DNA from: Acidobacteriota bacterium
Lineage (GTDB): Bacteria > Acidobacteriota > UBA6911 > RPQK01 > JAJDTT01
Assembly: GCA_965217775.1 (NCBI GenBank)
Contig: CBDCJH010000002.1
Location: 3,776,001-3,840,000, forward strand
Length of the DNA stretch: 64,000 nt
Reading direction: 5' to 3'
Positions 46,690 to 55,629 of the stretch are shown piece after piece (the stretch's first letter is position 1; the number at the start of each line of letters is the position of its first letter). The notes beneath the pieces are model-generated. The model was given only the letters and a program-made list of their open reading frames with translations, did no database searches and was not told the DNA's origin. A program made the position numbers and the translations under genes.

Positions 46690-48039
46690 ATGAATGGCAC
46701 AAGACTGTCGAGGCGGGACGTGCTGAGTCGGATGGGCGCCGTCGCGGGCCTGGCTTGGAGTTGGAATCCCGAGCGCCTCGCGGTGGCGGGAAATCCCGCC
46801 GGGTCCTTCCTTCTCTCCCGCCAGGGATGCGGCCGGGCCACGGGGTACTCCGAATCCAACAAGATCGTCACTTGGCGCCGCCGGACCCACATCGCCTGGT
46901 TGGATTCACCCCCGGAGGGTTTCCGGGTCCGGGTTCGAAGCTACGATCGAGGCACCGGGAAGTGGTCTCCCACCGTCACCGCCGGTCACGCCCATGACAA
47001 TCACGGAGGGCCCGCGCTCACCGTCGACAGCGAAGGCCATCTCCACATCGTCTACTATCCCCACCACCACGCCATGTGCTACCGCCGGTCGCGCCGGCCC
47101 GGGGACTCCTCCGAGTGGGAGGAGGAGGTCCGATTCGGCGAGCGCCTGACCTATCCGACGCTGGTCTGCGGGCCCGACGACACGTTGTTCCTCAGCGCCC
47201 GGCGCAGCTACCCGGATCGTCCCTGGGAGGTGGAGCTGTGGGAGCGGGCGCCACGCCGGCAGTGGCGGCGGCGCCGCGCCCTCCTGAAGTCACGCCACCC
47301 CGGCTACTCCCATTTTCAGGAGTCTCTCGCCTGGGGGCCCGATCACCGGACGCTCCATCTCTTCTGCCGGTTTCACGAACGGTCCGACAGCCAGGCATAC
47401 GGCCGCCTGCAGACGGTCGCCTACCTCGTGAGTCCCGACGCGGGCCGGACCTGGACCCGCAGTGACGGAACTCAGGTCTCCCTCCCGGCGACGCCCGACT
47501 CCGCCGAGGTCCTGGCCCGGGGGGGAGTGGACCAGAGCAGACTTCTCCGGGCAGGAGCCCTGTCCGTGGATGCCGGCGGCCGGCCTCACGCCGTCTACAG
47601 TGATGAAGAGGGAGGCCGCTCCCGGCTGATCCTGGCGCGCCCCAACGGCGACGGAAGCTGGGACCGAACGGATCTGAGCCGGTTCCTGCCCGTGCAGTGG
47701 AAGGGTCGGCTCCTGCTGGCGCCGGCCGGCGTCACCTTTACCTCAAGCGGCGAGATGGTCATCGCGGCACAGATCGAGCCACCCGTGGACGGCGCCTCCA
47801 CTTGGGGCGGTCCCGGCAACGAAGTCGTGGCCTTCCGGTCTCCGGACAGCGGACGGAGTTTCACCGTTTCCCTGGTCAGCCGGCCGGATGGGAACCGGGC
47901 GCACTGGCTGCCCAACATCGAGCGAGCCACCGGCCACAATCGGGTTCCGGGGAAGCCGGGCGTTCTCTACACCGGAGGGGGTCCGGGCAAGACGAACAAG
48001 GACCTGCTGTCCAATCAGGTCCTCTTCTCCCAGGGGTGA
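46690..48039 (+). CDS. Tat-exported BNR-repeat (sialidase-like) protein
   Basis: SRRDVL Tat motif, DNHGGPALTVD, TYP, Asp-boxes SPDAGRTW and SPDSGRSF. Confidence 0.72.
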   Translation: MNGTRLSRRDVLSRMGAVAGLAWSWNPERLAVAGNPAGSFLLSRQGCGRATGYSESNKIVTWRRRTHIAWLDSPPEGFRVRVRSYDRGTGKWSPTVTAGHAHDNHGGPALTVDSEGHLHIVYYPHHHAMCYRRSRRPGDSSEWEEEVRFGERLTYPTLVCGPDDTLFLSARRSYPDRPWEVELWERAPRRQWRRRRALLKSRHPGYSHFQESLAWGPDHRTLHLFCRFHERSDSQAYGRLQTVAYLVSPDAGRTWTRSDGTQVSLPATPDSAEVLARGGVDQSRLLRAGALSVDAGGRPHAVYSDEEGGRSRLILARPNGDGSWDRTDLSRFLPVQWKGRLLLAPAGVTFTSSGEMVIAAQIEPPVDGASTWGGPGNEVVAFRSPDSGRSFTVSLVSRPDGNRAHWLPNIERATGHNRVPGKPGVLYTGGGPGKTNKDLLSNQVLFSQG

Positions 48040-48045
48040 CGCCTC

Positions 48046-48879
48046 ATGCTCGTCATCGACTGCCACGCCCACATCTACTCGCCGGACGAAGGGCGCTACC
48101 CACCCGTGGCTCAGCCCCTACGGGTTCCGGGAGGCGGCGGGTCCATCCAGGATCTGCGGGCAATGATGAACGCCAACGGCGTCGCGGCGGTCCGGGCCGT
48201 CCAGACCGTCTCCTTCTACGGATACGACAACCGCTATCTGGCCGACGTCTGCAGCGCGAATCCCGGGTGGGTCAGCGGAATGTGCACGTTGGATCCCGAC
48301 GATCCCCGAAGTCCCATGATGCTCTGGGACCTGGTGCAGAAACATGGGATCAAGACGCTGCGGAGCATTCCCGCGGAATCCCGGACCCGGTTCGATCATC
48401 CTGCGGTTCGCCGGCTCTGGCAGACCGCCCACGAGTTGGGGATCACCGTCGACATCTTCCTCATGCAGATGGAATGGGTGGAGGGGGCCGAGAGGCTGCT
48501 TCGGGAGTTTTCCCACCTCACCGTGGCCTTCTGCCACTGTCTGGACCTGAAGCCGGGCGAAGAGTACCGGGAGAAGCTGAAGGCGGTCCTGCGGCTGGCC
48601 CGGTTTCCCAATCTGATCGCCAAGGTGGACTTCATCAGTACCGGGACCGAAAAGGGTTTCCCGGGAGACGATCTCCACGAGGCGGCTCTCAGGATCATCG
48701 ACGCCTATGGGGCCGATCGCTGCGTCTGGGGAAGCAACTACCCGAACCGGCTCTGGACGCCCAAGATGAGCTACGCGGAGCATCTCCGGATTTTTCGAGA
48801 GGTCCTGCCGCTGAAGGAAGAGGATCGCCGGCAGATCCTGGGGGAAACGGCGCGCCGGCTCTGGTTTCCGGAGCTGTAG
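48046..48879 (+). CDS. Amidohydrolase_2 family protein
   Basis: IDCHAH, YGYDNRYL, YGADRCVWGSNYP, ILGETARRLW. Confidence 0.85.
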   Translation: MLVIDCHAHIYSPDEGRYPPVAQPLRVPGGGGSIQDLRAMMNANGVAAVRAVQTVSFYGYDNRYLADVCSANPGWVSGMCTLDPDDPRSPMMLWDLVQKHGIKTLRSIPAESRTRFDHPAVRRLWQTAHELGITVDIFLMQMEWVEGAERLLREFSHLTVAFCHCLDLKPGEEYREKLKAVLRLARFPNLIAKVDFISTGTEKGFPGDDLHEAALRIIDAYGADRCVWGSNYPNRLWTPKMSYAEHLRIFREVLPLKEEDRRQILGETARRLWFPEL

Positions 48880-48951
48880 CGGGCGGTCGGCCCGGGTCCG
48901 GGTATTCGTTCCTTTACCTCGAATTCTTGTGCAAATCGAAGAAGAATATCG

Positions 48952-49042
48952 GTAGGGGCGCCCCTTGTGGGCGCCCTCTTCGGTCCAGAGCGGAGCAAGA
49001 CAGGGTCAGACGAAGAGGCGGCGGCAAGAAAGCCGCCGCTCC
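48952..49042. repeat. Hybrid REP site: GTAG-type REP paired with a GGAG-type REP
   Basis: GTAGGGGCGCCCCTTGTGGGCGCCCT (48952-48977) and an inverted GGAG-family unit cggcggcaagaaagccgccgCTCC ending at 49042. Confidence 0.7.
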
Positions 49043-49044
49043 TG

Positions 49045-49656
49045 CTACGCGACGACCTGCAGACCGTATTCCGCTGCCGAGTGCTGGAGCCATAGGCCAA
49101 GATAGTCGGCGAAGCTGCGTCGAACGATCACGTCGAATGACTGGGCGTCGGAGGGGTCTCCCCTGGGAATCAACAGGACTCCGGCCTTGCCCAGATTGGT
49201 CTGGGCACATTGGCCTGGAGAGAAGCTCCTGGGATGCAGGTCCAGAGTGCAGCCCTTGGCCAGGAGTTCCCGCCTCCGGGCTCCCGCGACGTTCACCAGG
49301 GTGTAGCCACCCGTGGTGTCGACGGCGGAGGCGTGGCGCTCTCCCAAAGCCTCCCACAGGGCGGCCACGGCACGAGTCTGGGCACCGGGCGGGAGAATGA
49401 GCAGCCACTCGTCGGGGCCCATCCAGCAGACGGTGACGTCCCCGCCTTCGGCGATGGTGTTGGGATCGACCGGGAGGCCCACGCCCAGAACTCCCTTTAC
49501 CGCGGCCAAAAACGTGGTGTCGTCCGCATCGCCGCGCAGATTTACGTAGCCCAGGAAGGGCCGTTCAGTGAGTCTGACGCCGGGACTGCCGGTGTCCCCC
49601 ACGGCTGTGCTCGACAGGACTCCGACCATCGGGGACTCTTGCCTGAGGTCAGACAT
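49045..49656 (-). CDS. soxG: Sarcosine oxidase subunit gamma
   Basis: VNLRG, WMGPDEWL, LAKGCTLDLH, VRRSFADYL; last gene of soxBDAG. Confidence 0.9.
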   Translation of the reverse strand: MSDLRQESPMVGVLSSTAVGDTGSPGVRLTERPFLGYVNLRGDADDTTFLAAVKGVLGVGLPVDPNTIAEGGDVTVCWMGPDEWLLILPPGAQTRAVAALWEALGERHASAVDTTGGYTLVNVAGARRRELLAKGCTLDLHPRSFSPGQCAQTNLGKAGVLLIPRGDPSDAQSFDVIVRRSFADYLGLWLQHSAAEYGLQVVA

Positions 49657-52654
49657 TCTGCCTCTCTCCCTCCGGGTCGTAGAAAACCGGATCGGCGATC
49701 CTGGCGGCGATGGTCCGGCCGTCGAAGTTCCGGACGTGGACGGTCTCGCCCATGCGCCCGTGTCCCCCCTTGACCAGTCCCAGAGCGATGGAGCGCTCCA
49801 GGGCGGCGCTGTAGTAGGACGACGTCACGTGGCCCAGCATGGGCAGGGGCAGGGGCGCCGCAGGATCGTCCACGATCTGTCCTCCCTCGGGCAGGACGTC
49901 CTTCGGGTCTTCGGTCAGTAGCCCGACGAACTGTTTGCGGTCTTTCCGGACCAGGTAGGAGCGGAAGAGGGACCGCTTCCCCAGGAAGTCCTTGTTCTTG
50001 CCCAGCATCCGTTCCATGCCCAGATCGACGGGCGTCACCGAGCCGTCCGTATCCTGACCCGCGATGATGTAACCCTTCTCGGCCCGGAGGACGTGCATCG
50101 CCTCGGTGCCGAAGGGAGTGATTCCGTACTCCTCTCCCGCGTCCATGACCGCTTCCCAGACGTGGCGGCCGAGATTGGCGTTGACGTTGACCTCGTAGGT
50201 CAGCTCCCCGGTGAAGCTGATGCGGAAGATCCGTGCCGGCACGCCGGCGACCGTGCCTCCCCGGACGGCCATGAAGGGGAAGGATTCCCGGCTGAGGTCC
50301 ACGTCGGAACAGAGCTCCCGGATGATGCGGCGGCTGTCGGGTCCGCAGACGGAAACCGTCGCCCAGTGGTCGGTCACCGACGTCATGTAGACCCTCAACT
50401 CGGGCCATTCGGTCTGGAGCCAGAGCTCCAGCCAGGACATGACGTGGGCGGCGCCGCCCGTGGTGGTGTGCATCAGGTAGTGGTTTTCGCCGAGACGGGC
50501 GGTCACCCCGTCGTCCAGGAGCATGCCGTTTTCATCCAGCATGAGACCGTAGCGGCAGCGGCCCACGGGGACCTTCAGGAAGGGGTTGGTGTAGACCCGG
50601 TTCAGAAAGACGTTGGCATCGGGTCCCTGGATGTCGATCTTCCCCAGTGTCGAGGCGTCCAGGACTCCGGCGCTGCGGCGCACCGCCAGACACTCCCGGT
50701 CGACCGCCTCGTGCAGCGACTCGCCCGGCTTGGGGAAGTACCAGGGCCGCTTCCATTGGCCCACGGTCTCGAAGAGAGCCCCGTGGCCGACGTGCCACTC
50801 GTGGATGGCCGTCTTGCGAACGGGGTCGAACAGGTCCCGTTGCTCCCCTCCCGAGAGGGCCGCGAAGGTGACGGGAGTGTACATGGGCCGAAAGGTGGTG
50901 GTGCCGATGGAGCCGGGGTCGGTGCCGTGATGGCCGGCCAGAATGGCGATGCCGTTGACGTTCCCCAGCCTGCCCTGGTCGGGACCCATGCCCAGGTTGG
51001 TGTACCGCTTGACGTACTCGATGGAATCGTAACCTTCCCGTGCAGCGGTCAGGATGTCCGCGGAGGAGACGTCCATCAGGGGGTCCACGAACTGCTTGGG
51101 GGCCCGCGGAACTGGTTTCACGGCCGGGACGATCCAGAGCGGCCGGATCGGGTCTCCCTCCTTGGCCTCCACCCGTGGGATCGGCCGCGAGACCACGCCG
51201 CCGCCGTGGCCTGCGGCGTGAGCCGCTTCGGCACCTGCCCGGAATCCCTCGGTGACGCAGGCTCCCAGCTCGAAACTCCCCCGGCAGGCACCCGCCGGCC
51301 GCTCCGCCTGGACCGGGGGGCCCGGAACGAAGCAGGCCGTCCGGGCATCGTAGACCGGTCGGGCGCCGGACTGGGCGTGGAGCTGGACATTGGGGTTCCA
51401 CCCGCCGGAGACGGCCAACAGGTCGCATTCCAGGCGACGGCCCCGCCCCGAAACGGACCCGCCGTCTTCGCTCAGGGCCATGACCCGGACCCCCCGAATC
51501 CTCTTCGTCCCCCGGACGTCGACGACGGCGTGCCCATGGATGACCTCAAGGCCCCGTTCCCGTGCCGCGGAGCTGCGCCGGCCGGCCGACCGTGCATCCA
51601 CGACGGCTTCCACCGTCGCTCCGGCATCCAGCAGGTCGAAAGCCGTCCGGTAGGCGCTGTCGTTGTTGGTGAAGACCACGGCCCGGGATCCGGGAAGGAC
51701 CCCGTACCGGTGGATGTATTCCGAGACCCCGGAGGCCAGCATGACGCCCGGCCGGTCGTTGTTGCAGAAGACCAGGGGGCGCTCGATGGCGCCGGTGGCC
51801 AGCACCACCTGCCTGGCGCGGATCCGCCAGAGCCGCTGACGCGGCCCGCAGTCCTGACCCGGAGAAAGGTGGTCCGTCCGGCGCTCCAGGGCCAGCAGGA
51901 AGTTGTGCTCGTAGTAGCCCGCCGCGGTGGTCCGGATCAGCACCTGGACCTCCGGCAGGGAAGCCAACTCCTCGACTCGAAGTCCGGCCCACTGCCAGGC
52001 GGGAGCTTGTTCGATCCGGTCGCCGCTCCCGAGGAGCGTACCTCCCGGCTCCGTTCGTTCGTCCATGAGGATCACGCGGGCTCCGGTGCGTCCCGCTTCC
52101 AGGGCGGCGGCCAACCCGGCGGGGCCGGCTCCCACCACCAGCACGTCGCAGTGGGCGTTCATGTGGTCGTAGTCGTCGGGATCGGCGTCCGCGGGGACCA
52201 CGCCGAATCCGGCGGCCTTGCGGATCTGATGCTCGTACTGCCGCCAGGAACCCGCCGGCCACATGAAGGTCTTGTAGTAGAAGCCGGGCGGCATAAAGCG
52301 GGCGAACCAACCGTGGACGGCCCGCAGGTCGAACTCGACGCTGGGAAAGACGTTGACGCTCCGGGCCGTCAGACCGTCGTAGAGCTCAACCTGGGTGGCC
52401 ACCATGTTGGGCAGGGAGCGGGCGCCCTCTCCCACTTGGACCAGCGCGTTGGACTCCTCCACGCCTGCAGCGACGATGCCCCGCGGACGGTGATACTTCA
52501 GGCTCCGCGCCACCAGGTGGACGCCGTTGGCCAACAGTCCGGAGGCCAGCGTGTCTCCCCGGAACGCGGGGTAATCGCGGCCGTTGAAGGTGAACGTCAG
52601 CGGTTGGTTCCGGTCGATCCGGCCAGCGGCGGCGAGACGATGGGACCGGGTCAT
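49649..52654 (-). CDS. soxA: Sarcosine oxidase subunit alpha
   Basis: GDTLASGLLANG, KYHRPRG, GAGPAGL, and a GcvT-like C-terminus (STLGKIDIQG, RISFTGELTYE). Confidence 0.95.
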   Translation of the reverse strand: MTRSHRLAAAGRIDRNQPLTFTFNGRDYPAFRGDTLASGLLANGVHLVARSLKYHRPRGIVAAGVEESNALVQVGEGARSLPNMVATQVELYDGLTARSVNVFPSVEFDLRAVHGWFARFMPPGFYYKTFMWPAGSWRQYEHQIRKAAGFGVVPADADPDDYDHMNAHCDVLVVGAGPAGLAAALEAGRTGARVILMDERTEPGGTLLGSGDRIEQAPAWQWAGLRVEELASLPEVQVLIRTTAAGYYEHNFLLALERRTDHLSPGQDCGPRQRLWRIRARQVVLATGAIERPLVFCNNDRPGVMLASGVSEYIHRYGVLPGSRAVVFTNNDSAYRTAFDLLDAGATVEAVVDARSAGRRSSAARERGLEVIHGHAVVDVRGTKRIRGVRVMALSEDGGSVSGRGRRLECDLLAVSGGWNPNVQLHAQSGARPVYDARTACFVPGPPVQAERPAGACRGSFELGACVTEGFRAGAEAAHAAGHGGGVVSRPIPRVEAKEGDPIRPLWIVPAVKPVPRAPKQFVDPLMDVSSADILTAAREGYDSIEYVKRYTNLGMGPDQGRLGNVNGIAILAGHHGTDPGSIGTTTFRPMYTPVTFAALSGGEQRDLFDPVRKTAIHEWHVGHGALFETVGQWKRPWYFPKPGESLHEAVDRECLAVRRSAGVLDASTLGKIDIQGPDANVFLNRVYTNPFLKVPVGRCRYGLMLDENGMLLDDGVTARLGENHYLMHTTTGGAAHVMSWLELWLQTEWPELRVYMTSVTDHWATVSVCGPDSRRIIRELCSDVDLSRESFPFMAVRGGTVAGVPARIFRISFTGELTYEVNVNANLGRHVWEAVMDAGEEYGITPFGTEAMHVLRAEKGYIIAGQDTDGSVTPVDLGMERMLGKNKDFLGKRSLFRSYLVRKDRKQFVGLLTEDPKDVLPEGGQIVDDPAAPLPLPMLGHVTSSYYSAALERSIALGLVKGGHGRMGETVHVRNFDGRTIAARIADPVFYDPEGERQNV

Positions 52655-52932
52655 CCCACTGCTTCCGGAGGCGGATCGCCTGATTTGTACACCGACTTGA
52701 TCCGGTTGGTCACGGTGTCCCGCTGGACGTTGAAGTAACGCCGGCAGCCCGAGGCGTGGCACCACTGCTCCAGATGATCCCCCCGGGTGTTCCTCCGGTA
52801 GAACAGATAGTCGGCCCACTCTTCGTCGGTGAGCTCTTCCGGCTTCAAGGGCCGGACGATGTGGGCTTCGCCGGAGTAGGCGAACTCCGACTCGTCGCGG
52901 GGACCGCACCAGGGGCACTCGATCAGGAGCAT
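52651..52932 (-). CDS. soxD: Sarcosine oxidase subunit delta
   Basis: CPWCGPR...EQWCHASGC...RDTVT zinc-binding pattern. Confidence 0.93.
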   Translation of the reverse strand: MLLIECPWCGPRDESEFAYSGEAHIVRPLKPEELTDEEWADYLFYRRNTRGDHLEQWCHASGCRRYFNVQRDTVTNRIKSVYKSGDPPPEAVG

Positions 52933-52951
52933 GAGGTTCGTCCTCCGGCCT

Positions 52952-54202
52952 TCAGTGGGCCACTCCCGCGGCGCCGTGCTCATCGATCAGGTGCCCCGTG
53001 GTGAACCGCTCCAGCGAGAACGGCTCGTTGAGGCGATGGGGGCGGTTCTGCGCGATGGTGTAGGCGAAGACCCAACCCGAGCCCGGCGTCGACTTGTAAC
53101 CCCCCGTCCCCCAACCGCAGTTGAAGTAAAGCCCCTTCACTGGCGTGAGGCCGATGATGGGGCAGGCGTCCGGACAGGTGTCGACCGTGCCGGCCCACTG
53201 TCTCAGCATGCGAACCCGGCTGAATCTGGGAAACATCTCGATAATGGCGGCGATGGCGTGCTCCAGGGTGTTGGGACTGCCGCGCTGGCCATAGCCGTTG
53301 TAGGAGTCGACACCGGCGCCGCAGAGCAGCTCTCCCCGGTCGGTCTGGCTGATATAGGCGTGCACGGCGTTGGACATGATCACCACGTCCAGAATCGGCT
53401 TGAGGGGTTGGGAGACCCAGGCCTGCAGGGGACGGCTCTCCAAGGGCAGCCGCATCCCGGCCATGGAGGCCAGGACTCCCGAGTTCCCCGCCGTGACGCA
53501 GCCCACCTTGCCGGCCTTGATGAAACCTCTGGAGGTCTCCACTCCGGTGACGGCCCCATTTTCCCGGCGGAACCCAGTCACTTCGCAGTTCTGGATGACG
53601 TCCACCCCCACCGAATCGGCCGCCCGGGCCAGACCCCAGGCCAGGGCATCGTGCCGGGCCGTCCCTCCCCGGCGTTGCAGGGAGGCGCCCAGGATGGGAT
53701 AGCGGGCCCGGGGAGAGACGTCGATGGCCGGGACCATCTCCTTGATCTGCTCCGGGGTGAGGAACTCGCTGTCGATGCCGTTGAGGAGGTTGGCATTGAT
53801 CCGGCGCTGAATGTCGCGGAGATCCTGCAGGGTGTGTCCCAGGCTCAGCAGCCCCCGCTGACTGAACATGAGATTGAAATTGATCTCCTGGGTCAGGCCT
53901 TCCCAGAGCTTCAGGGAGAACTCGTAGATGTGGGCGGCCTCGTCCCAGAGGTAGTTGGACCGGACGATCTCGGTGTTGCGCCCGGTGTTGCCGCCTCCGA
54001 CGTAGCCCTTCTCCAGCACGGCGACGCTGCCGACCCGATGCTCCTTGACCAGGTAGTAGGCGGTGGCGAGGCCGTGGCCGCCGCCCCCCACGATGACCAC
54101 GTCGTACTCGGGCTTCGGGTCCGGACTCCGCCAGGCGCGCTGCCAGTTCTCGTGATAGCTGAGGGCGTTCCGGGCCAGACTGAGGAAGGAATACTTCTGC
54201 AT
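52952..54202 (-). CDS. soxB: Sarcosine oxidase subunit beta
   Basis: GGGGHGLATAYYL, GGNTGRNT, ARHDALAWG, GWGTGGYK, IDEHGAAGVAH. Confidence 0.95.
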   Translation of the reverse strand: MQKYSFLSLARNALSYHENWQRAWRSPDPKPEYDVVIVGGGGHGLATAYYLVKEHRVGSVAVLEKGYVGGGNTGRNTEIVRSNYLWDEAAHIYEFSLKLWEGLTQEINFNLMFSQRGLLSLGHTLQDLRDIQRRINANLLNGIDSEFLTPEQIKEMVPAIDVSPRARYPILGASLQRRGGTARHDALAWGLARAADSVGVDVIQNCEVTGFRRENGAVTGVETSRGFIKAGKVGCVTAGNSGVLASMAGMRLPLESRPLQAWVSQPLKPILDVVIMSNAVHAYISQTDRGELLCGAGVDSYNGYGQRGSPNTLEHAIAAIIEMFPRFSRVRMLRQWAGTVDTCPDACPIIGLTPVKGLYFNCGWGTGGYKSTPGSGWVFAYTIAQNRPHRLNEPFSLERFTTGHLIDEHGAAGVAH

Positions 54203-54295
54203 GGAGAAGCGCAGATTATAGCCAAAGGCCGTGGGCCGGGCTATGGATCATAGGCAGGACTTTCCCATTTTTCTTGGGGTTTCCGGAGAACCGGG

Positions 54296-54353
54296 GTAGG
54301 GGCACTCTTTCGTTCCCGCATCAATTGACGGCCCGGGGAGGGCGACCACAAGG
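54296..54353 (+). repeat. Left part of a GTAG REP doublet interrupted by IS481 (right part at 57576-57593)
   Basis: gtaggggcactctttcgttc...gggagggcgaccacaagg | IS | cacaagggtcgcccctac. Confidence 0.8.
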
Positions 54354-54438
54354 TGTACGGTATCAGGACATCGTTTACAGTTTGTATCAGGACATCCTTT
54401 ACACATCAGGGTGAGAAGTAGCCTTCTTTGGGTAGGAG

Positions 54439-55596
54439 GTGAAGATGCCCTGGAAAGTGACGAATGTGATGGATCAGAAGATCCGTTTCGTACTTCGGGC
54501 CGTGCAGCCTGGGGCCAACATGAGCGCCCTGTGTCGGGAGTTTCAGATCAGTCGGCCGACAGGTTACAAGTGGCTGAAGAGGTATCGGGAAGCCCACAGC
54601 GTGACCGGACTGGAGGAGCGCTCCCGGCGGCCCCGGCACAGTCCGGCGAGAACGGCGGCGGCGGTGGAAGCCCGGGTGGTGGAACTGCGGCGGCAATACG
54701 GGTGGGGAGGCAAGAAGCTGCAGGTGCTGCTGGAGCGCGAAGGCGTGTCCTTGAGTGTCCCGACGGTGAATCGGATTCTACGGCGGCAGGGCGAGTTGGG
54801 GGAATACCAGGCGCAACGGCCGGCACCGCAACGGTTCGAACGATCCCAGCCCAACGAGTTGTGGCAAATGGACTTCAAGGGACCGTTTCAGGGCCCCGAA
54901 GGGCCGTGTCATCCGCTCTCGATCCTGGACGACTGCTCGCGGTATTCGGTGGGGTTGTATGGTTTGCCGACCACGCAAATGGATCCGGTGCAAACCTGTC
55001 TACGAAGAACCTTTGAGGGCTACGGAGTGCCGGAGGCCATGCTGATGGACCATGGGGCCCCTTGGTGGAGTACCAGCAATGGATGGGGGCTGACGCGATT
55101 GAGCGTGGAATTGATCAAGCAAGGGATCGACCTGATCTACGGGCGAGTCCGGCACCCGCAGACGCAGGGGAAGGTGGAACGATTTCATCGCACTTTGAGC
55201 GACTCGGTGGCGCACCGGGGGCGACCGCAACGGTGGATGGAGTGGGAGCGATTTCTGCAGGACTTTCGCCAGGAATACAATCAGGTTCGACCCCATGAGT
55301 CGCTGCGGATGGAGGTCCCGGCCCAACACTACCGTCGCAGTACGCGTGGCTACGATCGGGACCCGGCTCCCTGGGAGTATCCCCGGGGGCTGCAGGTGAA
55401 ACGGCTCAATCGCCGGGGGTGTTTGAGCGCGGGCGGGGACCGTTACTTTGTGTGTGAGTCCTTGGCGGAGGAGTGGGTGGGCGTGGAAGAGTTGGAAGAC
55501 AAGCTGCTGGTCCGCTACCGGCACATGTACATCCGTGAAGTCCACTTGCAGACCCGGCAGACGCGAGCTCTGGTCTGGCGGGTGGGGCAGGACTGA
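54439..55596 (+). CDS. IS481-family DDE transposase
   Basis: MPW...LCREFQISRPTGYKWLKRY HTH, PNELWQMDFKG, LDDCSRY, MDHG, PQTQGKVERFHRT, YNQVRPHESL. Confidence 0.93.
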   Translation: MKMPWKVTNVMDQKIRFVLRAVQPGANMSALCREFQISRPTGYKWLKRYREAHSVTGLEERSRRPRHSPARTAAAVEARVVELRRQYGWGGKKLQVLLEREGVSLSVPTVNRILRRQGELGEYQAQRPAPQRFERSQPNELWQMDFKGPFQGPEGPCHPLSILDDCSRYSVGLYGLPTTQMDPVQTCLRRTFEGYGVPEAMLMDHGAPWWSTSNGWGLTRLSVELIKQGIDLIYGRVRHPQTQGKVERFHRTLSDSVAHRGRPQRWMEWERFLQDFRQEYNQVRPHESLRMEVPAQHYRRSTRGYDRDPAPWEYPRGLQVKRLNRRGCLSAGGDRYFVCESLAEEWVGVEELEDKLLVRYRHMYIREVHLQTRQTRALVWRVGQD

Positions 55597-55629
55597 AGGG
55601 TGTGGGCGGCGCGGGAGGAGGGCACCGAA

